NCBI GenBank assembly: GCA_964016885.1
Contig: CAXHJY010001001.1
Span: forward strand, 1 to 64,000
Length of the DNA stretch: 64,000 bases
Source of the DNA: Eledone cirrhosa
Lineage: Eukaryota
Direction: 5' to 3'
Part shown: piece by piece, positions 42,646-53,600 of the stretch
Layout: every line of letters begins with the position of its first letter
Numbering within the stretch: position 1 is the stretch's first letter
The notes under the pieces: model-generated
The model's input: the letters and a program-made list of their open reading frames with translations, nothing else
The model's database searches: none
Told to the model about the DNA's origin: nothing
Translations under genes and position numbers: made by a program

Positions 42646-45030
42646 TAGTTAGGCAGCGGGACAGGCAGATGGTGTCAAATACCAAGGCATAACCTGGGGA
42701 AGAATGTACCCCACAGCATAGGTTAGTCGTTAGTGATATCTCAGTAAGCAAGAGATGGAATGAGACACACAGGAAGTTGTGAAGAAAGATCTGGAAGCTA
42801 AAAGACCTTTCACTAAAATACAAATTTAGAAAAGCCCTTCAAGATGTGTATGACGAAAAAGAAGACGATTTAGAGTCGTATGACATAGATGATAACTGGA
42901 ATTTCTTACATGACAAAAAGCTTTGGCTGGAGAAGAGCTCCAACCAGACAGAGAGTGACCTGGTGGTGGAACAGCACGGTAGATAGGGCCATTAGAGACA
43001 AAAGACTAGCATGGAAGGCTTGGAAAAAGGAGTAGAGAAGGATATACAGCCGCTAAGAGAGAAGCTAGACGTCAGGTGTACTTAGCACGCAGGGAGGCTG
43101 AGAGTAGGAGGTTTGCTAATGTTCTGCGACGGGAAGATCAGAGGTGTGCAGTATTCCACATTGCAAGGCAGTGTATCAATGCAAATCAGGTTGTTGTTGG
43201 AGATAAATGTGTCCGGAATGATGCCGGTGTACTTAGTGTCAGGAATGATCAGAAAAGGGAAGCATGGAAATGTCATTATGAGAGAGTGATGAATGTGGAG
43301 AATGAATGGGAGTGAGAGAAATTACCGTCAGTAGATCCGACAGAGGGACCAGCTATTGAGATTGACGAATATAGGGTCCAAGAGGCGATTAAGGAAATGA
43401 AAAATGGTAAGGCTGCTGGACCATCGGGAATAGTTGCTGAGATGCTGAAGGCATCAGGGGACGTAGGCACTAAACTGGTTGCACGCATCATCAATCAGAC
43501 TATATATGGTGGTGTCATACCCAAAGACTGGTGCAGCAGTATTCTTATAAATTGCTACAAAGGTAAAGGGGATGCTCTGGAGAGGAGCAATTATAGGGGC
43601 ATAAAACTGATGGATCAGGTTATGAAAGTGGCAGAAAGGATATTAGCACAACTAATTATAGAAAGCGTCAAACTAGATGAGATGCAGTTTGGTTTTGTGC
43701 CTGGGGAAAGTACAACAGATGCGCTCTTCTTAGTGAGACAATTACAAGAGAGGTTCTTAGAGAAGAATAAGCCACTATACTTAGCCTTTGTGAACCGAGA
43801 AGGCCTTTGATAGGGTACCCCGATCTGTCATCTGGTGGTCCCTAAGGAAACTAGGTGTTGAGGAATGGCTTGTGAGGACAGTGCAAACTTTATACAGAGG
43901 TGCTGTCAGTAAAGTCAGGGTAGGAATGGAGTTTAGTCAAGAATTCCAGGTACAAGTAGGAGTACATCAAGGTTCGGTCCTCAGCCCGCTCTTGTTCATT
44001 ATAGTCCTCCAAGCAATAACAGAGGAGTTTAAGACTGGCTGTCGATGGGAACTTCTCTACGCTGACGATCTGCTTCAGTAGAGGAGCTAGAGAATGGCTA
44101 TGGAAACAGCAGTTGGAAGTAAGAGGACTGAGAGTGAACCTAGCTAATACAAAACGATTGATGAGTAGAAAAGAGGACAAAACTCTGATTCCGTCAGGGA
44201 AATGGCCATGTTCGGTATGCAGAAAGGAACTGGCATAAATTCTATAAAATGTACACAATACAGATCCTGGGTGCACAAGAGATGTAGTGGGATAGCAGGC
44301 AAACTAACAGGTAGGGAGAAATATGTATGCAGTAGATGTACAGGGAAATTAGACAGCAGAAGTCGCATTGATAGACACATTTTTCAAATGCAGGCGGGTG
44401 CTATAGAAGTGGTGGATAGCTTCCTGTACCTAGGAGATCAGATTAGCATGGGGAGGGGGGTGTTCCGAGGCCATAGTATCTATAATAAGGACGGGTTGGA
44501 AGAAGTTTAAGGAGCTTCTTCCTCTGCTGACGAAGAAGGGTTTCTCCCTGCGTACGAAAGGCCGGTTATATGATGCCTGTGTGAGGAGTGCGATGCTGCA
44601 TGGTAGTGAGACATGGGCAGCAACTGCAGAGGATATGCGACGGCTGGAGATAAATGAAGCAAGCATGCTCCGTTAGATGTGCAATGTCAATGTGCGTGAA
44701 CGACCCACCATGAATGTGTTGAGAGGGAAACTGTGTCTGAGAGGGATAGAATGTAGTGTACGAGAGAGAAGACTGAGGTGGTATGGACATGTGATGCGCA
44801 TGGAGGATGACCGATGGGTGAAGAAGTGCCAGGAATTGCCAGTTGAAGGAAGACGTGGTAGAGGTAGACCACGAAAAATATGGGCGGAGTTTGTGAGAAC
44901 AGACCTCAGATCGCTGAAGCTCACGGTGGAGATGACGAAGGACCGTGACAAGTGGAGAGATGCTGTGCTGAATAAGACCTGTCCCACCCTTGCAAGTAGG
45001 GAAAAGCGGACGTAAAATGATGATGATGAT
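42646..45030 (+). mobile_element. RTE-clade LINE, 5'-truncated and decayed, with PHD-like zinc finger insertion
   Basis: TWWWN, MKNGKAAGPSG, KGKGDALERSNYRGIKL, QFGFVPG, GVHQGSVLSPLLF, LLYADD, C..C...SIKC...WVHKRC...C..C, RLRWYGHVMRM, GRGRPRK; (TGA)n tail. Confidence 0.93.
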
Positions 45031-45046
45031 ATACATATATATAAAC

Positions 45047-47120
45047 AAAAGGGATATTTAATTTGTTGGTAATTCAACAAATATATATATTTATAACTGA
45101 TTCGAAGCACTCGACTGGTTTAGAATATCATTCTAACCACACGTAATACCCTGACAGAATTTAATAACCATCTCTGGACAAGAGCCGACAGACAAAACAA
45201 TTTTGATATCACTATGGGATCATCTGACTCGGCACAAGTAACAGACCTCGTTGGATTATTTATTAATAATGTACTGCATAGAAAAATGCCAGAGATGACC
45301 AGAGGTTTATATCGTGACGATATGTTACTTTTAATCGAAAACCATAGCAATAGTGAAATTAATAGGAAAAAGAAATTCATAATACAGTCTTTCAACAACT
45401 ACAACCTTAATTTAGAAATCAAGAATAATTATAAAATCGTTAACTTCTTAGATGTAACCTTAAACCTTAGCACAGGTCTTTACTATCCATTCCATAAAAT
45501 TAACGAAAATCTAAATTACGTAAGTTTCAATTCTAATCATCCCAGAAATCTAAAAAACACTATTGTCAATAGTGTCCAACAACGAATTTCACGCATCTCT
45601 GTTAATAAAAATATTTTCGATGATAAGGCTGAATATTACAATGAGGCTTTACATAGAGCAGGGTACTCGAATAAAATTAAATACTTAGATAACAATAACA
45701 TGATAAATCATCCTAGAATTCATTATAATAACAATAAACAATTCAACTTAAATAGTAAACCAAACAAAAAAAACTAGAACTAGAAATATTATTTGGTATT
45801 CTCCCCCATTCTCATTAGGCGTTAAACACCTTTAGCAAAGCTATTTTTTAAAACACTAGATCAATGTTTTCCTATAGCCCACAGAAACCACTCTATTCTT
45901 AACAGACACACTATAAAACTATCCTACTCTACTACTATGAACATAGCTCAAAATATAAATAGAATTAATAACTTAAATTTAAACCCTAACCAAACAAACC
46001 AAGCTAGCAATAATAATATTTCTAACAACAATATGCATAATAATAGTACCGTTCCGAATAACAACAACTCCAGAAAATGTAACTGTAGAATTAAATCAAA
46101 CTGCCCCTTACAAAATAATTGCTTAGACAAAAACGTAATTTATAAATGTCCAGTTAAAACTAGAGACAAAATATTTAACTATATAGGAGCCACTTCTACA
46201 AAATTCAAAGAACGCTGGTACAACCGCAAACATAGGTCCGATAAAAAATCTTCCACTTCACTTTCACATCTAATTTGGAATTTAAAGGACAACAATATAG
46301 ACTATTCAATATCTTTGGGAACGATTCCGAAAGCACTTGCATACCGAAATATGGCTTTCTCAAGAATCTGTTATTTGTGTATCGAGGAAATTTTTTATAT
46401 AATTAACTATCAAAACTCTATTAATTTAAAAACCGAATTATTCAGTTCTTGCAGACATCGCCAAAAATTCACTTTCCGATGTATTTTTAATCTATAATAT
46501 TCATTACACTTGACTACATCTTATACACCTTTAAAATGACCCTGTTATTTACTGTGGTTTTCTTTAAAAAATTTTAATTTTTTAAATGATTTTCCTTCTT
46601 AAATTTAGTATTTTTACCAATTGATATTCTTTTCCTAATGATATACTCTTCTTAATCTATTTTTTAGATTTATATATTTTTAGATTTATATATATATATT
46701 TTTTTAGATTGATACTTTTTAATTGACATTCTGAAAGATATTCTCTTTACGATAGTTCTTCTAAATGCACTCTTGACTTATCTAATAATACAATTTTCCT
46801 CTCTTTAATCTTCAAACTTTTCACACATCTTTCGACGTAGATAATATCCAAATACATATATAATTGAAATTCTCATCCTTGAAAAACCTGTAATATAAAA
46901 TCTCACACAAAATAATATGTAATTTTCTCTACATACTTTCCACTTTTTCTAAGAAAATTATGGTTAGCAAATAATATTGGAGTTACCTTTTCCTTTACAA
47001 TTGAGCAAACATAGACATAATAACTAGTATGATAAATTATATAATTTCGCTAAATTACATATTATTTTATTATTGTATATTATTTCATTATTTTATGTTA
47101 TGTACGTACAGTTTTTTTTT
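45047..47120 (+). mobile_element. PLE copy 3 (RT C-terminal half plus GIY-YIG, frameshifted; coding remnant about 45120-46497)
   Basis: FDITMGSSDSAQV, GLYRDD, VNFLDVTLNL, SNHP, CNCR..CPL..CL..VIY...YIGAT..FKERWYN. Starts with an inverted 3'-tip-like segment (ataactga...agcactcgac). Confidence 0.9.
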
Positions 47121-47132
47121 TATATATGTGAT

Positions 47133-47175
47133 ATATCCCTGCACTAATCGCTATATGCGATTAGTGCAGGGATAT
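47133..47175. other. Perfect 19-bp-arm hairpin
   Basis: atatccctgcactaatcgc-tatat-gcgattagtgcagggatat. Confidence 0.9.
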
Positions 47176-47686
47176 TGTGCTGCCATAACATTTAGGCATA
47201 TTGTGCAGGCACCTTCGGATTCACACCGCCACGTGATCGGGTTGGGTCAAGGCCTCAAATGTGTTGTCTCATACAATACTGTGTGCACCATCTGCGCAGC
47301 GGCGCGTGGGAAGACGGATGGGGAGTACTCATCAAGTATATGCCTCCGGTGTGGGAGCACACGGGGGCATATATGTATGTGTGTCCACACAGACATGCAT
47401 GAGCACACGTGTGCGCATGCCTGGGTCGATGTATTTGTCTGAGCATGTCTGCGTGGGGGTTCAGATAACTATCTATGGAATTTTCTTTTCTCATCTGTCT
47501 ATATATGTGCGGTGTCTTGGCTATGCGCGCTTCCCTGAGTCCAGTGTGTGAGTGTAGAATTGGGTGTATTTGTTGAAAACACCTTTGATATAGCCCTTCT
47601 CTTTGAAAGGCTGTTGAAAGCTTTCTTTTAAAAACGTTCTAAATACAGGTTTTTTTCTTTTTCTTTATTTTTTTTATTTTTAAATA

Positions 47687-50600
47687 ATGTATGGCGGGGG
47701 GTATCCTAAGGCTGTGTCCTACAAATGTTATGCTAAATATGTATGGTGAGGGGTATTCTAAGGCTGTGTCCTACAAATGTTATGCTAAATATGTATGGAG
47801 GAGGGTATCCTAAGACTGTGTCCTACAAATGTTATGCTAAATATGTATGGAGGAGGGTATCCTAAGGCTGTGTCCTACAAATGTTATGCTAAATATGTAT
47901 GGCGGTGGGTATCCTAAGGCTGTGTCCTACAAATGTTATGCTAAATATGTATGGCGGGGGGTATCCTAAGGCTGTGTCCTACAAATGTTATGCTAAATAT
48001 GTATGGAGGAGGGTATCCTAAGGCTGTGTCCTACAAATGTTATGCTAAATATGTATGGCGGTGGGTATCCTAAGGCTGTGTCCTACAAATGTTATGCTAA
48101 ATATGTATGGCGGGGGGGGGGGGTATCCTAAGGCTGTGTCCTACAAATGTTATGCTAAATATGTATGGAGGAGGGTATCCTAAGGCTGTGTCCTACAAAT
48201 GTTATGCTAAATATGTATGGAGGAGGGTATCCTAAAGCTGTGTCCTACAGATGTTATGCTAAATATGTATGGAGGAGGGTATCCTAAGGCTGTGTCCTAC
48301 AAATGTTATGCTAAATATGTATGGAGGAGGGTATCCTAAGGCTGTGTCCTACAAATGTTATGCTAAATATGTATGGCGGGGGGTATCCTAAGGCTGTGTC
48401 CTACAAATGTTATGCTAAATATGTATGGAGGAGGGTATCCTAAAGCTGTGTCCTACAAATGTTATGCTAAATATGTATGGAGGAGGGTATCCTAAGGCTG
48501 TGTCCTACAAATGTTATGCTAAATATGTATGGTGAGGGGTATCCTAAGGCTGTGTCCTACAAATGTTATGCTAAATATGTATGGCGGGGGGTATCCTAAG
48601 GCTGTGTCCTACAAATGTTATGCTAAATATGTATGGCGGGGGGTATCCTAAGGCTGTGTCCTACAAATGTTATGCTAAATATGTATGGCGGGGGGTATCC
48701 TAAGGCTGTGTCCTACAAATGTTATGCTAAATATGTATGGCGGGGGGTATCCTAAGGCTGTGTCCTACAAATGTTATGCTAAATATGTATGGCGGGGGGT
48801 ATCCTAAGGCTGTGTCCTACAAATGTTATGCTAAATATGTATGGCGGGGGGTATCCTAAGGCTGTGTCCTACAAATGTTATGCTAAATATGTATGGCGGG
48901 GGGTATCCTAAGGCTGTGTCCTACAAATGTTATGCTAAATATGTATGGAGGAGGGTATCCTAAGGCTGTGTCCTACAAATGTTATGCTAAATATGTATGG
49001 AGGAGGGTATCCTAATGCTGTGTCCTACAAATGTTATGCTAAATATGTATGGAGGAGGGTATCCTAAGGCTGTGTCCTACAAATGTTATGCTAAATATGT
49101 ATGGTGAGGGGTATCCTAAGGCTGTGTCCTACAAATGTTATGCTAAATATGTATGGAGGAGGGTATCCTAAGGCTGTGTCCTACAAATGTTATGCTAAAT
49201 ATGTATGGAGGAGGGTATCCTAAGGCTGTGTCCTACAAATGTTATGCTAAATATGTATGGTGAGGGGTATCCTAAGGCTGTGTCCTACAAATGTTATGCT
49301 AAATATGTATGGAGGAGGGTATCCTAAGGCTGTGTCCTACAAATGTTATGCTAAATATGTATGGAGGAGGGTATCCTAAGGCTGTGTCCTACAAATGTTA
49401 TGCTAAATATGTATGGTGAGGGGTATCCTAAGGCTGTGTCCTACAAATGTTATGCTAAATATGTATGGAGGAGGGTATCCTAAGGCTGTGTCCTACAAAT
49501 GTTATGCTAAATATGTATGGAGGAGGGTATCCTAAGGCTGTGTCCTACAAATGTTATGCTAAATATGTATGGCGGGGGGTATCCTAAGGCTGTGTCCTAC
49601 AAATGTTATGCTAAATATGTATGGTGAGGGGTATCCTAAGGCTGTGTCCTACAAATGTTATGCTAAATATGTATGGAGGAGGGTATCCTAAGGCTGTGTC
49701 CTACAAATGTTATGCTAAATATGTATGGAGGAGGGTATCCTAAGGCTGTGTCCTACAAATGTTATGCTAAATATGTATGGTGAGGGGTATCCTAAGGCTG
49801 TGTCCTACAAATGTTATGCTAAATATGTATGGTGAGGGGTATCCTAAGGCTGTGTCCTACAAATGTTATGCTAAATATGTATGGTGAGGGGTATCCTAAA
49901 GGCTGTGTCCTACAAATGTTATGCTAAATATGTATGGTGAGGGGTATCCTAAGGCTGTGTCCTACAAATGTCATGCTAAATATGTATGGCGGGGGGTATC
50001 CTAAGGCTGTGTCCTACAAATGTTATGCTAAATATGTATGGCGGGGGGTATCCTAAGGCTGTGTCCTACAAATGTTATGCTAAATATGTATGGAGGAGGG
50101 TATCCTAAGGCTGTGTCCTACAAATGTCATGCTAAATATGTATGGCGGGGGGTATCCTAAGGCTGTGTCCTACAAATGTTATGCTAAATATGTATGGCGG
50201 GGGGTATCCTAAGGCTGTGTCCTACAAATGTTATGCTAAATATGTATGGAGGAGGGTATCCTAAGGCTGTGTCCTACAAATGTTATGCTAAATATGTATG
50301 GCGGGGGGTATCCTAAGGCTGTGTCCTACAAATGTTATGCTAAATATGTATGGAGGAGGGTATCCTAAGGCTGTGTCCTACAAATGTCATGCTAAATATG
50401 TATGGCGGGGGGTATCCTAAGGCTGTGTCCTACAAATGTTATGCTAAATATGTATGGCGGGGGGTATCCTAAGGCTGTGTCCTACAAATGTTATGCTAAA
50501 TATGTATGGCAGGGGGGGGGGGTATCCTAAGGCTGTGTCCTACAAATGTTATGCTAAATATGTATGGCGGGGGGTATCCTAAGGCTGTGTCCTACAAATG

Positions 50601-53600
50601 TTATGCTAAATATGTATGGCGGGGGGGGGGGGGTATCCTAAGGCTGTGTCCTACAAATGTTATGCTAAATATGTATGGAGGAGGGTATCCTAAGGCTGTG
50701 TCCTACAAATGTTATGCTAAATATGTATGGTGAGGGGTATCCTAAGGCTGTGTCCTACAAATGTTATGCTAAATATGTATGGCGGGGGGGGGGGGGGTAT
50801 CCTAAGGCTGTGTCCTACAAATGTTATGCTAAATATGTATGGAGGAGGGTATCCTAAGGCTGTGTCCTACAAATGTTATGCTAAATATGTATGGTGAGGG
50901 GTATCCTAAGGCTGTGTCCTACAAATGTTATGCTAAATATGTATGGCGGGGGGTATCCTAAGGCTGTGTCCTACAAATGTTATGCTAAATATGTATGGTG
51001 AGGGGTATCCTAAGGCTGTGTCCTACAAATGTTATGCTAAATATGTATGGAGGAGGGTATCCTAAGGCTGTGTCCTACAAATGTTATGCTAAATATGTAT
51101 GGAGGAGGGTATCCTAAGGCTGTGTCCTACAAATGTTATGCTAAATATGTATGGAGGAGGGTATCCTAAGGCTGTGTCCTACAAATGTTATGCTAAATAT
51201 GTATGGTGAGGGGTATCCTAAGGCTGTGTCCTACAAATGTTATGCTAAATATGTATGGCAGGGGGTATCCTAAGGTTGTGTCCTACAAATGTTATGCTAA
51301 ATATGTATGGTGAGGGTATCCTAAGGCTGTGTCCTACAAATGTTATGCTAAATATGTATGGCGGGGGGTATCCTAAGGCTGTGTCCTACAAATGTTATGC
51401 TAAATATGTATGGCAGGGGGTATCCTAAGGTTGTGTCCTACAAATGTTATGCTAAATATGTATGGTGAGGGTATCCTAAGGCTGTGTCCTACAAATGTTA
51501 TGCTAAATATGTATGGTGAGGGGTATCCTAAGGCTGTGTCCTACAAATGTTATGCTAAATATGTATGGCGGGGGGTATCCTAAGGCTGTGTCCTACAAAT
51601 GTTATGCTAAATATGTAAGGTGGAGGGTATCCTAAGGCTGTGTCCTACAAATGTTATGCTAAATATGTATGGTGAGGGGTATCCTAAGGCTGTGTCCTAC
51701 AAATGTTATGCTAAATATGTATGGCAGGGGGTATCCTAAGGTTGTGTCCTACAAATGTTATGCTAAATATGTATGGTGAGGGTATCCTAAGGCTGTGTCC
51801 TACAAATGTTATGCTAAATATGTATGGAGGAGGGTATCCTAAGGCTGTGTCCTACAAATGTTATGCTAAATATGTATGGAGGAGGGTATCCTAAGGCTGT
51901 GTCCTACAAATGTTATGCTAAATATGTATGGAGGAGGGTATCCTAAGGCTGTGTCCTACAAATGTTATGCTAAATATGTATGGTGAGGGGTATCCTAAGG
52001 CTGTGTCCTACAAATGTTATGCTAAATATGTATGGAGGAGGGTATCCTAAGGCTGTGTCCTACAAATGTTATGCTAAATATGTATGGAGGAGGGTATCCT
52101 AAGGCTGTGTCCTACAAATGTTATGCTAAATATGTATGGTGAGGGGTATCCTAAGGCTGTGTCCTACAAATGTTATGCTAAATATGTATGGCAGGGGGTA
52201 TCCTAAGGTTGTGTCCTACAAATGTTATGCTAAATATGTATGGTGAGGGTATCCTAAGGCTGTGTCCTACAAATGTTATGCTAAATATGTATGGTGAGGG
52301 GTATCCTAAGGCTGTGTCCTACAAATGTTATGCTAAATATGTATGGTGAGGGGTATCCTAAAGGCTGTGTCCTACAAATGTTATGCTAAATATGTATGGC
52401 GGAGGGTATCCTAAGGCTGTGTCCTACAAATGTTATGCTAAATATGTATGGTGAGGGGTATCCTAAGGCTGTGTCCTACAAATGTTATGCTAAATATGTA
52501 TGGTGAGGGTATCCTAAGGCTGTGTCCTACAAATGTTATGCTAAATATGTATGGTGAGGGGTATCCTAAGACTGTGTCCTACAAATGTTATGCTAAATAT
52601 GTATGGCGGAGGGTATCCTAAGGCTGTGTCCTACAAATGTTATGCTAAATATGTATGGTGAGGGTATCCTAAGGCTGTGTCCTACAAATGTTATGCTAAA
52701 TATGTATGGTGAGGGGTATCCTAAGGCTGTGTCCTACAAATGTTATGCTAAATATGTATGGCGGGGGGTATCCTAAGGCTGTGTCCTACAAATGTTATGC
52801 TAAATATGTATGGAGGAGGGTATCCTAAGGCTGTGTCCTACAAATGTTATGCTAAATATGTATGGCGGGGGGTATCCTAAGGCTGTGTCCTACAAATGTT
52901 ATGCTAAATATGTATGGAGGAGGGTATCCTAAGGCTGTGTCCTACAAATGTTATGCTAAATATGTATGGCGGGGGGTATCCTAAGGCTGTGTCCTACAAA
53001 TGTTATGCTAAATATGTATGGTGAGGGGTATCCTAAGGCTGTGTCCTACAAATGTTATGCTAAATATGTATGGAGGAGGGTATCCTAAGGCTGTCTCCTA
53101 CAAATGTTATGCTAAATATGTATGGAGGAGGGTATCCTAAGGCTGTGTCCTACAAATGTTATGCTAAATATGTAAGGCGGAGGGTATCCTAAGGCTGTGT
53201 CCTACAAATGTTATGCTAAATATGTATGGAGGAGGGTATCCTAAGGCTGTGTCCTACAAATGTTATGCTAAATATGTAAGGCGGAGGGTATCCTAAGGCT
53301 GTGTCCTACAAATGTTATGCTAAATATGTATGGAGGAGGGTATCCTAAGGCTGTGTCCTACAAATGTTATGCTAAATATGTATGGCGGGGGGTATCCTAA
53401 GGCTGTGTCCTACAAATGTTATGATAAATATGTATGGTGAGGGGTATCCTAAGGCTGTGTCCTACAAATGTTATGCTAAATATGTATGGCGGGGGGGGGG
53501 GGGGGCGGGGGGTATCCTAAGGCTGTGTCCTACAAATGTTATGCTAAATATGTATGGAGGAGGGTATCCTAAGGCTGTGTCCTACAAATGTTATGCTAAA

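Larger units (their letters stand above)
33571..42790. repeat. Tandem segmental duplication (copy A about 33571-38575, copy B about 38580-42790)
   Basis: Same order in both copies: GTA/GTG repeat, about 30-bp ggtactctaagaactgggg minisatellite, SINE 3' part, HHR element, 43-bp fold-back array, RTE start. Confidence 0.9.
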
